Origin: Centroscyllium fabricii
Taxonomy: Eukaryota
Reading direction: 5' to 3'
Assembly (NCBI GenBank): GCA_051313645.2
Contig: JBNRSN020000008.1
Location: forward strand, 203,608,001-203,672,000
Length of the DNA: 64,000 nucleotides
Part shown: positions 35,913-47,284 of the stretch, one piece after another
Layout: each line of letters begins with the position of its first letter
Position numbering within the stretch: the stretch's first letter is position 1
Notes under the pieces: model-generated
What the model was told of the DNA's origin: nothing
Databases searched by the model: none
Seen by the model: only the letters and a program-made list of their open reading frames with translations
Position numbers and translations under genes: made by a program

Positions 35913-36574
35913 TGACAGATTGAAATATTATATGAAACAGTCCTTAATCTTTCCTCATGTAGAAAGCAATTTGGGAAAGTAATAGGACAGTGTCAAACAT
36001 AGTAAAAATATATCTAGCAGCCATTTCGTAGCTTAGCCTCAGACTTAAGTGGGGAGGGGGATTGAGTAATATCTCAGGATGACCAAACTGCTATAGTTAG
36101 CAAAAAACAGGAAGACCACAAGGCCAGATGCAGGGTCTCTAAGCCTTGTGCAAAGCATTGTGCAACCGCTAAATGTGCAAAGCCTTGTGATGTGCTGAGT
36201 GCACAAGATAGGGGCAACCCAAAGGTCAAGCCACTCTTAGGTAATCACAGATGTTCCTTCTGTCCGCATTTTTAGAATTGCTTAGGTAGCCAGTATTTCA
36301 AATGTAATGACTAATGCCTTATCGCCATGCCTCTGTATGTAATCGAATGATTGGCTATTGATCCAAGTCTGTTTGCGGTTTTTAAGAATAAAAGCCTGGC
36401 CCTTCCTTAGATTGGCGGGCTTCTTACTCGTTGCGCTTGAGTCCCTCGACTCAGTGTATGCTTGTAGTAAGTCGCCTGAACCAGCTGGTGAATAAAAGAA
36501 GTTGACTTCAACTACTCGTGTGGTGTCTCGATCCTTGACGTACAACTGTGGGTAGAAGAAAACCTAAACTATCA
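35913..36574 (+). repeat. 3' LTR (662 bp)
   Basis: Direct repeat of 25970-26631. Confidence 0.97.
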
Positions 36575-36980
36575 AAGTCAGGAAGGTTCAGTGGCAAGAA
36601 CGAGAAAAGCAATTTGGCTCGTATAGCCTGCCCCGATTAGGTTCACACACAGGATCTGCTCATACCATGTATCTCCCCTCCCGGCTTATCTAGTTTTGAG
36701 AAAAGGTCATCGACCTGAAACATCAACTCTGCTCCTCTCTCCACCGATGCTGCCTGGCCTGCTGAGTTTCTCCAGCGTTTGCAGTTGTTTTTTCTGCTCG
36801 TACCATGTTAGACTGCCCGACAGCACTGGCTCTGGTGCCAGTGACAAATGGACGGATCGAGAGACTGTCATTTTGTTTTGCTCACCAGCAAGCTGAGCTC
36901 TCATCCCATTTGTGCAGGCCACTACTACAGTTTTTGCATTGCTAGAACATCTAGGCAGTCCCCCTGACATAAGGAATGAC

Positions 36981-37377
36981 GGGGCGGCACGGTGGCATAG
37001 TGGTTAGCACTGTTGCCTCACAGTACTGGAGACCCGGGTTCAAATCCGGCCTCGGGTACTATCTGTGTGGAGTTTGCACATTCTCCCCGTGTCTGCGTGG
37101 GTTTCCTCCGGGTGCTCCGGTTTCCTCCCACAGTTGTGCGGGTTAGGTTGATTGGCCATGATAAATTGACCCTTAGTGTTAGGGGGATTGAATATGTGGG
37201 GTTACGGGGATAGGGTGGAATATGTGTCGGTGTAGGCTCGATAGGGATCGAGGGATATGGGGAGAGGGCAGGGGCGGGGTGCTGGGTTTGGATGATCAGC
37301 CATGATCTCATTGAATGGCGGAGCAGGCTCGAAGGGCCGAATGGCCTACTCCTGCTCCTATCTTCTATGTTTCTATG
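36981..37377 (+). mobile_element. HE1-like V-SINE, full length
   Basis: tRNA head, V-domain (ctgtgtggagtttgcacattctccccgtgtctgcgtgggtttcctccgggtgctccgg) and CR1/HER1 tail. Confidence 0.9.
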
Positions 37378-37649
37378 ATTCAGTGCCATAATCAAAGTCA
37401 TGGTCTTCTGCAAAGGAGGCAACTTTGTGCAGAAAAGATGCAAATACTAATGTTTTCCCGGGAAACCCTGCAAATACTGACTGAATGCAGATAGTGCCAA
37501 CACTGCAGAAAACATGTGTTATTAGCACCTGCTGATTTCCTATAGCTCACAGGTCATTTGGGGTAAGGGCAATGGTTATGACGTTTATCCCCTAACCTGA
37601 CCCATCCTTGCAGGTGGAAATAGGTCCGGAGGCTGACTGCAGGTTAATA

Positions 37650-38180
37650 CAGGTTGTGCACCATTAATCCGCCACGGGCGGGACCAGGCCCGTGCCGGGA
37701 AACAGAAAAAACCGGGAGAACGAGGTTGGACACTGCGCATGCGCACCATTCAAAATGGCCGCGCGCATGCGCACAAATTTAGGATTGCCTGGCGCGCGCA
37801 TGCGCAGATCGGGCACAGGTCCGCGTTCCCTCGCCATCGCCTTTCGGGTTGCTGCCGCCGCCGAGCCGGACTCAGGCTGACAGCTGTTGCCTAGTGACTG
37901 TCCGCCTCAGTCACGCGGCTCAGCTGTCGGGAAAATAACCGGCGGCCGTATTGAATTATCTGCGCATGCGCTAACCGTCCGGCGACGCATGCGCAGATCA
38001 TTCAAAACACCCGCAGCTGTTTTGAATGATCTGCGCATGCGCTCGGCGCATGCGCAGATCATTCGCCGAAGCCACGATGGCGGCGGCCATCTTGCGCATG
38101 CGCAGTGCAGTCGGGGCAATTTGTGCCGGCAGACTGAAGCTGCCGGCTATTCGGGACACAGATTTTCGGTGCACAACCTG
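37650..38180. mobile_element. MITE family A copy 2
   Basis: TA|caggttgtgcacc ... ggtgcacaacctg|TA. Confidence 0.85.
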
Positions 38181-40183
38181 TAGTGGGATAGTGGGTGCTG
38201 AGGGAAGATTGCCAGCCGTTTGTAGATTTCTGGCTGCAGATCAACCTTTAGAAAGAACCAACGAGTGCTATTGCACAAGAGCGAGTAAGTAGCTCAGTGT
38301 TGCTCCTGGTACTCTAAATACCATCCTGCAAAATAAATAAGATGCATTCCAGAATACGAAGAGCCTTTAAACATTGCAGAACTGTTTCCCATTGTCAAAA
38401 AATGTATCTCCCTACCTTGAACAAAGCTTATATCCTCCCAATATCCAACAAATCACAAAAAGAGTCTCTCATACCCAAGTTAATTAACCTGCTCCTTAAT
38501 TGCATTTAGCACAAGGCTTGGAGTTGCTGATTACAACTTTGTTCTAATGGAGTGGACAGCAGCCAGAGTTGACAAAAGGACTGGAGATGTGTGGAAGGCA
38601 TTTTATAAAAGTAGCTTAAGTAGCATGTACACAGATGCATAAATGTCATTCCATGTACAGTGGCTGTCACAGCAGAATACAATCAGGTGCCACTTGTGTT
38701 ATATGTGGCTTGCTTCAAGTATCCTTTGAAGTGTCACTGACCTTGAATAACATGACAAAACCTTCATAACAAAACATAGGTTTTTGTTTTCACATTGTAA
38801 ATTGCTTGCAATGTTAAATCAACCACAGACAGCATGGAATGTAAATAATAATCTATCCTCTGCATTCTTGCACTGCTTTAACCAGTAATTAAACTTAAAT
38901 CATTGCCAGCATTATAATTACAGCATTAATAGCAACCGGTTCATTCACCGCTGCACGATTACTGAATAGAAGCTGGGAGAATTAGTAGCAATTATAACTC
39001 AAGCTTTCTCTTTAATGCATGGCTCTCCAAGGGGGAATTCAGAGAATAAGCAAGCAGTATACAAGACAAGCTATGGAGAACCCATGCACCAGTCCAAGGC
39101 TGTTAATTGCCTGAAGAGCTTTTACCTACTTATGTTTTCTCACCCATTTTCCTAAAGGGAGTGACTCTCAGCCACCTGTTCCTACCCTTACCAGGTGTCC
39201 ACCAGCAGTTTTAGTAAAGACTCTAGACAGTGATCAAGAATGGGAACCCTAGTCAATTCTCTCCTTCCTAAACTGGGGTGCTGTGGCCAACTGTTACAAC
39301 CTTACTAGCTCAGCACAGAACTTGGTCCCTTCCTGTTCAGTATGGCTCAGCTACTCACTGGATAAATGACAAGTCATTGGGCAGCCCCATGTACATTTTC
39401 ATCTTCACCTGGTTATTCTGGTGCCTCATTGTGCAGGAAACTTAAAGTTTGAATGGCTTGCTGTGACTGCTGCACCACTGCATTTTTTGAAAGGGGGAGG
39501 TAGGGGTAAAGACTAGTGCCAAGGCTCTGATGGAATCAGTAATATTCATTCAGTTACAAATGGCAGCGATTCAATTTGGTCTCGACAGTGGGGATCATGA
39601 TAGGGTGGAGGACATTGTAACAAAGTAATTTTATTTCCTTCCAAATAAATTAGATACAAAACCACAGTTCAAGAAGCTTCTTCCCATTGTTGCCTCTGCA
39701 CTCTGTCAGCCTTTCCTTCTGATGTTAACATTGCCCCTCAATTGTCTTTTCCCCTTTCAATCCCCTCCTCCCGCCCCACCCCCCCTTGCTTCGTGCAATT
39801 ACTACCATTGACATGTTCCTTGGCTTTTTTAATGGGGACTTTTTACTGTTGATGAAGTGAGGAATGTCAATGATAGAGCAGTCTAGCTCTTTTCCACTCT
39901 GCTGATCAGGATTAGGCAGAAAGTAGTCCACAGGCAGAATTTAACGTTTTCCATTTTGACCCAACCATTTGCCTTTGCCCCAACTGCGACTGTGGATTTT
40001 ACAATCAAGTCCGAAAGAATGTGTGACAGGGAAAATCAAAAACAGACTCTGGTGCAATATGGAGTGCACTTCTGAAGGTTGGGGTTAAAATGCATTTTAG
40101 ACCACAGCAGACAATCTTCATTGTGCAATATCTGACCTAGAAATATTGAACAGTAATATGCTGGGCTTAAACAGTGAAAATGA

Positions 40184-40416
40184 GTGCGGGTTAGGTTGAT
40201 TGGCCATGATAAATTGACCCTTAGTGTTAGGGGGATTGAATATGTGAGGTTACGGGGATAGGGTGGGATATGTGTCGGTGCAGGCTCGATAGGGATATGG
40301 GGAGAAGGCAGGGACAGGGTGCTGGGTCTGGATGATCAGCCATGATCTCATTGAATGGCGGAGCAGGCTCGAGGGGCCGAATGGCCTACTCCTGCTCCTA
40401 TCTTCTATGTTTCTAT
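40184..40416 (+). mobile_element. HE1-like SINE, 5'-truncated
   Basis: Matches 37137-37377. Confidence 0.85.
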
Positions 40417-40870
40417 CCTCAGTACCGATGTCCCTTGCCTTGAATACAAAAGATAATGCAGGAAATAAATACAGGGCAGGATTAGAGTGCAGCAAAAAGC
40501 ATTCTTTGTCATGAGATCTGAACTACAGAAGGTATTTACATAGTTCCTGTGATCTATCCATGGCAGTCAGGTAAAGGCCTGTGGAACTCTAGTGCATATC
40601 ATGTCTTTTGTAAATATATGTGTCAGCTGTTGCTCAGTGTGTTGCACACACATCTTCCGGAGTCAGAAGTTTCTGAGTTCAAGCCCCACTGCAGAGACTT
40701 GAGCACAAAGTCTAGGCTGACCCATCAATGCAGTACTGAGGGACTGCTGCACTGTCATCAGAGGTGCCGTCTTCACCCACCACCATCTCTCTCGACCCCT
40801 CGACTCTATCTGATTTGTCACACTACTTGTCCAACAACCAGCCCTGGATGAGCAAAAATTTTCTCCAACT

Positions 40871-41170
40871 GTTCCTGGTCCTGGGACTAGGGACAGGGTC
40901 ACTGGCAAGGCTTGGAAGCTAAGCAGAGCCAGGCCTGGTTAGTACTTGGATGGATGACCACCAGGGAATACCAGGTGCAGAAGGTCACGATAGGAGCCCC
41001 GGGGAGGGGCGGTTGGCTGAAGATTGTCGGAATGATGGAAAGATGGAATGGCGGCGCGCACAGACGCAGCGGCTTTGCTGGACTCTTGGGAGCTTGCAAG
41101 ATCACATTTCGTTGTTCATGTACTTGTACATTGTATAATGACAATAAAAAGTTGAATTATAGAATTATAA
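40871..41170 (+). mobile_element. Short retroposon with 5S rRNA-derived segment and Rex1-like tail
   Basis: 40911-40980 matches the 3' two-thirds of 5S rRNA (ggaagctaagcag..gcctggttagtacttggatgg..gggaataccaggtgc). The tail tgtacttgtac..aatgacaataaa..gaatt resembles the Rex1 end. Confidence 0.65.
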
Positions 41171-42247
41171 CTCCAATACCAAAGCCAGTATCTTCAGTCC
41201 CCGCCACAAACTCCATTACCTAGCCACCAACTCCATCCTTCTCGTTAGTCACTGAGCGAAGCTGAATCAGACCGTTCGCAACCTTGGCATCGTCTTTGAC
41301 CCCGAGATGAGTCTCTGACCACATATCTGCTCCATCACCAAGACCACCTACTTCCATCTTCATCACATTGTCTGTCTCCACCACTGATGCTGAAATGTTC
41401 ACCCATGCTTTTGTTACCTCGAGACTTGACTATTCCAATGCTCTCCTGGCTGGCCGGCCGGCCTCCCATTTTCACCCTCCGCTAACTTGACCTCATTAAA
41501 TTCTGCTGCCCATATCCTAATTCGCACCAAGTCCTATTCAGCCATCACCCCTGCGATCGCTGACCGACATTGGCTCCCGGTCCGGCAACACCTGGCTTTA
41601 AAAATTCTTATCCTTGTTTTCAAATCCCTCCATGGCCTAGCCCCTCCCTATTTCTGCAACCTCCTCCAGCCCTCCACAATCTCTGCGCTCCTCCAATTCG
41701 GGTCGCTTGCGCATCCCTGATTTGAATTGCTCCACCATTGCCCCCTGCTGCTGCCTGGGCCCCAAGCTCTGGAATTCCCTCCCTAAGCCTCTCCAGCTTG
41801 CTCTCTCCGCCTTTAAAATGTTCCTTAAAACCTACATCCACCTTTCCTAAAATCTCACGTGGCTTCGTGTCAAATTTTGTTTGATAATACTCGTGAAGAA
41901 CCTTGGGACATTTTACTATGTTAAAGGCACTATATAATGGCAGTTGTTGTTGAGACATAAAACCGAGCGCCCTGTCTGCCTCCAAGGTGGATGCAAAAGA
42001 GCTCAAGGCACTATTTTAAAGAGCACGGGATTTATCCCCGGTGAGCTGGCCAATATTTATCCCTCAATCAACATCACTAAAGCAGATTATCTGGTCATTA
42101 TAACACTGCTGTTTCTGGGACCTTGCTGTGCACGAATTGGCTTCCACATTTCCCACATTGTAATACTGGTGACTATACTTTAAAAATACTTCAATGGCTA
42201 TAAGCGGTTTGGGACACCCAGAGGTCGTGAAAAGTGATATATAAATG

Positions 42248-42379
42248 TGTACCGTAAGGGTGAGCGATTCGAACCGCTCACGGGGGAAGAGGTTATTGCG
42301 CGAGGCCTAGCGGACTGCTAGAGCAAGGCAGTAACGGACCCCAAGTCGTAAATAAAACATACGGCGCACGCTCCTTACA
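42248..42379 (+). mobile_element. 132-bp solo LTR (TGT...ACA) with 4-bp TSD
   Basis: aatg|tgtaccg...ccttaca|aatg; contains AATAAA; CpG-rich. Confidence 0.65.
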
Positions 42380-42776
42380 AATGCAGATCTTTTTTCTTTT
42401 TATATATTATGGAGCTGCCATTATCCAGAGCAAAATGCAAAATTAAAATTAAAAATTTGATCTTTAGTGCTGCTCTTCAAATGGTTAAGAAATCCAACCA
42501 CCTCAAACACGTTTTAAATATTGATTCAAATGCAAACTTAAATAGAAGCATCTTAAAGATGCGGAGAACAAACTTCTGAATTAAATTCCTTTCTGTAGAA
42601 TGCAATAGCATTCACTGAAAGGAATGTCTCAGCAGTTCAAAAATATGCTGGACTGCAGCAGTTGACGGCAGTGGCTCAGCACAACCTTCTCAAGAGCAAC
42701 TCGAGATGGCCAATAAAAGCTGGCCATGCCAGCAATGCCCATATCCTGAGAATGAAAATCCAAAACACAGATAGCA

Positions 42777-43296
42777 CAGGTACACAATCCTTTATCCGCA
42801 ACTCCAAAAACCGAAAACCTCCAAAAACCGAAATTTCAAATGACGATGCAGATATTAAAATGTCCTTTCCCGTAAGTCCCAGTCTGGTCCATAACGGCCC
42901 CGGCGCTCCGGCCACGACGCTCAGGCCACACAGTCCCGACGGCCCCGATGCTCCCGGCCGCGACGCTCAGGCCACACAGGCCTGACAGCCCCGATGCTCC
43001 CGCCCACGACGGCCCCGACGCTCCCGGTACCTGGCCACGACACTCAGGCCACGATGCTCCCGGCACCTGGCCACGACAGCCCCGACACTCAGGCCACGAC
43101 GGCCCTGACGCTCAGGCCACGCAGACCCCGAAGCTCAGACCACGCAGGCCCGACTCCCAGCCACGACGCTCAGGTGAATATTTACGGATTCGCTGCAGAA
43201 AAACGTACGTTAATGCGACTATTCCGAAAACCGAAATTATCCGAAAACCGAGAACCATCCGATCCCAAGGTTTTCGGATGAAGGGTTGTGTACCTG
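42777..43296. mobile_element. Tc1/pogo-type MITE, family B
   Basis: TIR caggtacacaatcctttatccg / cggatgaagggttgtgtacctg with CA/TA flanks; internal GC-rich degenerate repeats. Confidence 0.75.
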
Positions 43297-43899
43297 TATA
43301 GAAAAAAGCCAGATTTTTGGGGAACTTAACCTTCCAACACTTCATGCAATTGTACTCCTCCTGGATATCTTGTGGATCCAGAAATGCCCTCATTAATGCA
43401 TACACATGTAACAGACTTTACATTTACAATTGCATTTGCCATATTTTTAAACTTAATTTATCTACCTTCTTGAAGCATAGTTGTGTTTTTTTGGTGGGCG
43501 TCGAGTAGGAAAAACAAACCACTGCTCCCATTTTTCAGACAGCAGGTGCCGATAATGGTTCTCCTCCAGACCCATCTTTTGTCCCATTACCACCCACTTT
43601 TGCCATGCACCATCAACCCTTTTGTCATTTTATCAATCCTGCCCTCCACCCCATCACAGACCTTCCCTTTTCATTCTTTCCTCTCCTCCCCTTTTTTCCC
43701 TGGCTCTGTACGTATTTATAAACTGTAAACTCTGTTTTTCTCTCCACAGACGCTGCCTGACCTGCTGTGTATTTCCAGCATTTCCTGTTTTAATTCTTTC
43801 ACAGATCGTTGGGCTTTACTAGCACTTCTATCTCATGATGGCATTCTATGCAAATTTCTGGTCTTTAATTTGCAAATTTTGCTGTATTCAAATTAGCAA

Positions 43900-46868
43900 A
43901 TGTGTGTGTTTGGGAGGCCCAGAAGATAACGAACCCAGAAGAGGGGTAAGAGAGCAGGGACCCTCATCAGGCTGAAGAGGGCCCCTCTCAATCCCTCTCT
44001 GCCCAGCATCTACCTGGCCAATGTCAGGTCTCTAGTGAGTAAAATTGGAAGAAATCAAACTTGGCCTCTCCACACAGCCCAGGATCAAGGAATGCTGCGC
44101 CATGATCTTCACGGAGACCTGTCTGAACAACGGCATTCGCCGACTCCGGTAAGAGCAAGGGAGGCGGCCTGTGCATCTACACGAACAACGCCTGGGGTAC
44201 GAACGCGGAACTGATCGAAAGTTCCTCCTCCGCCGATCTGGAATTCCTCACGGTAAGGTGCAGACATTTTACCTGCCGCGGGAATTCACGGCCGTCAACC
44301 TCACTGTGGTCTACATCCCTCCACGTGCTAATGCCAAACTGGCACTAAAGGATCTCCACAGGGCCATCAGCGAGCAGCAGACCGCGCATCCAGAGGGAGC
44401 CTTTTTCGTGGCGGGGACTTCAACCACGCTAACCTCAAATCCATACTCCCGAAATTTCACCAGAATGTCTCTTGCCCCACGAGGGGCGAGAACACGCTGG
44501 ACCAGGTCTACACCAACATCGCAGAGGCTTACAAAGCCATCCCCTGCCCCCACCTCGGGAAGTCCGACCACCTTTCACTGTTCCTTGCCCCAGCATACAA
44601 ACCACTCATCAAAAGGGTGTAAGCTCCAGCCAAAACAGTCAGGGTATGGCCAGAAGGGGCAGTCTCAGAGCTACAAGACTGCTTCGGACGCACTGAATGG
44701 AGCATGTTCGCTCACACGGACATCGAGGAATACGCATCCACAGTGCTATTTTACATCAACAGCTGTGTCGAGGTGGTCACTACCCAAAAAACCATCAAGA
44801 CATTCCCCAACCAGAAACCCTGGATGAACGGGGAGGTCCGCTTGCTGCTGAAGGCACGTGACGCAGCTTTCAAATCTGGTGACGTGGCGGCTTACAGCAC
44901 AGCCAGGGCCAACCTAAAGAGGGGAATCAGGTCTGCCAAACGCAACCAGACACTGAAGATAGAGGAACACTTTCACAACAACTCGGACCCTCGGCGTATG
45001 TGGCAAGGCATACAGTCCATCACGGACTACAAGTGCAAGAACACCAGCCCCCCACCCTGCGATGCTTCCCTACCGGAGGAACTTAACAACTTCTACGCTC
45101 GCTTCGACAGGGGCAATAGGGAGCCAGCCACCAAAGTCTTGCAATCTCCGGAAGACCAGCCACTAACACTGTCCTCCTCCGACGTTCGAGGTGCTCTACG
45201 TGGAGTGAACGCACGGAAGGCCGCGGGTCCTGACGGCATCCCCGGCCGGGCACTCAAAGACTGTGCTGACCAACTGGCTGAGGTCTTCACGGACATCTTC
45301 AACCTGTCACTGGCGAAGGCAGCTGTCCCTACCTGCTTCAAGACCGCCACCATCATCCCTGTGCCCAAGAAAACGGCCGTGACGTGCCTGAACGACGACC
45401 GCCCTGTCGCACTCACACCCATAATCCTGAAGTGTTTCGAGCAGCTGGTCCTGGCCCACATCAAAGCCAGCGTCCCCGCCGCCCTGGACCAATACCAGTT
45501 CGCCTATCGAGGAAACAGATCAACGGAAGATGCAATCACTACGGCTCTTCACTTTGCACTAACCCACCTGGATAGCAAAGATACATATATCAGAATGCTG
45601 TTTATTGACTACAGCTCAGCATTCAACACCATCGTCCCCAGCAAGCTGTCTACCAAACTCCTCTCCCTCGGCCTGAACACCTCCCTCTGCAACTGGACCC
45701 TGGACTTCCTAACCAACAGACCACAGGCTGTGAAGTTAGGCAACCTCACCTCCAAAATAGTGGAAGCGGACAGTCTGGGAGCTTTTAAGAGGATGATAGA
45801 TAGATACATGGAGGGGAATGAAGAGTAGGGGGGATGCAAATAATCAGAGACGGGCGAAGCGCGGCACTACATTGAGGGCCTAGGGCCTGTACAGTGCTGT
45901 ACAATCTATGTTCTACCTCCTCCCCCCCTTACCCTGAACACGGGGGCCCCACAAGGCTGTGTGCTGAGCCCCCTCCTCTACTCCCTCTTCACCCACGACT
46001 GTGCGGCTGTCCACGGCTCCAACACGATCATCAAGTTCGCGGACGACACCACAGTGGTTGGCCAGATCACCAACAACAATGAGTCAGCCTACAGGGGTGA
46101 GATTCAGCGCCTTGTGGGATGGTGTGCCGATCACAACCTGGCACTGAACACCAAGAAAACCAAGGAGATCATAGTGGACCTCCGGAAGACTAAAAGCAGA
46201 AGACACACCCCCATCTTCATCCAAGGGGCTGAGGTGGAAAGGGTGTCCAGCTTCAAGTTCCTCGGGGTCCACATCTTGGAAGACCTCTCCTGGTCACTAA
46301 ACACCTCCTCTCTGATTAAGAAGGCCCAACAGCGCCTGTACTTCCTAAGGAAGCTGGAAAAAGCCAAGCTGTCATCCGGCATCCTCACCAACTTCTACCG
46401 CTGCACAATCGAAAGCATACTGACAAACTGCATCACAGTCTGGTATGGGAACTGCACCATCTCGGACCGGATGGCCCTGCAGCGGGTAGTCAAAACTGCC
46501 CAACGAATCACCGGCACCCAGCTACCGTCAATCGAACGCACCTACCTCAAACTTTGCCTACGGAGGTCTCTGAACATTATTAAAGACCCCACACACCCCA
46601 GCCACAGTCTGTTTGCCCCCCTGCCCTCCGGGAGACGCTACAGATCAATTCGCACCCGCACGACCAGATTCAAGAACAGCTTCTTCCCCAGGGCTGTCAG
46701 TCTCCTGAACTCTAACAAAAAACTCCAGTATCTGCACACCTGAAAATGTACTTTATTGTATGAAATTGTATGTAACTTATTTGCACTACTCTCGGGAGCG
46801 GCGAGTCTTCGTTTTGTTGTATTGTACTTGTACTCTGCAATGACAATAAAACTAGAATTGAATTGAAA
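43900..46868 (+). mobile_element. Rex1/Babar LINE, near-complete ORF (EN+RT), disrupted
   Basis: EN remnants (VYIPP, GKSDH), [48 protein letters not shown]; (gaatt)n tail. Confidence 0.9.
45754..45914 (+). mobile_element. Short CR1-like 3' tail inserted in the Rex1 RT
   Basis: 6-bp TSD acctcc (45748-53, 45915-20); tail gtgctgtacaatctatgttct. Confidence 0.8.
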
Positions 46869-47097
46869 TTCCCAGCATTCATCCACTCTGAAATGTGCTC
46901 ATCAAGGGCACAATGCTGTGATGTGGTATTAGAGCACCACCTGGTTTTAGATCATGGCAACTGCTTGACTTTTTTCTACAACAAACCATGAACCCAAAAA
47001 TTTTACAGACTTTACGTAAACATCAGAGATTCAACTGCACCAGTAAGTCCACTTTAAAAAAGCAGCTCATCATTAAAATAAGGAAACTGAATAACTT

Positions 47098-47282
47098 GCG
47101 TCAGCCGTGGCTCAGTTGGTAGCACACTTGCCTGAGTCAAAAGAAAACTAGGCTGACACTCCAGTGCAGTGCTGAGGGAGTGCCGCACTGTCTGAGGTGC
47201 TGTCTTTCGGAGATGTTAAACTGAGGCCCCGTCTGCTCTCTCAGGTGGGTGTAAAAGATCCCATGGCACTATTTCAAAGATG
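47098..47282 (+). mobile_element. DeuSINE 5' part
   Basis: Matches the 2739-2960 head and Deu core. Confidence 0.75.
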
Positions 47283-47284
47283 AG

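Larger units (their letters stand above)
25970..36574 (+). mobile_element. Full-length endogenous retrovirus provirus (class I, epsilon/gamma-like)
   Basis: LTR-PBS-gag-pro-pol-env-PPT-LTR, 10,605 bp, with TG...CA termini. Confidence 0.98.
40620..42400 (+). mobile_element. DeuSINE split by an L2 (~40775-41955); the L2 contains a 5S-bearing insert and the SINE tail a solo LTR
   Basis: SINE head at 40620-40772 and Deu core/tail resuming at ~41958 (aaaccgagcgccctgtctg). L2 motifs lie in between. Confidence 0.7.

Noticed and set aside
40911-40980. Functional 5S rRNA gene
   Set aside because: The first ~40 nt are missing, there are several substitutions and no T-terminator, and it is embedded in a retroposon.
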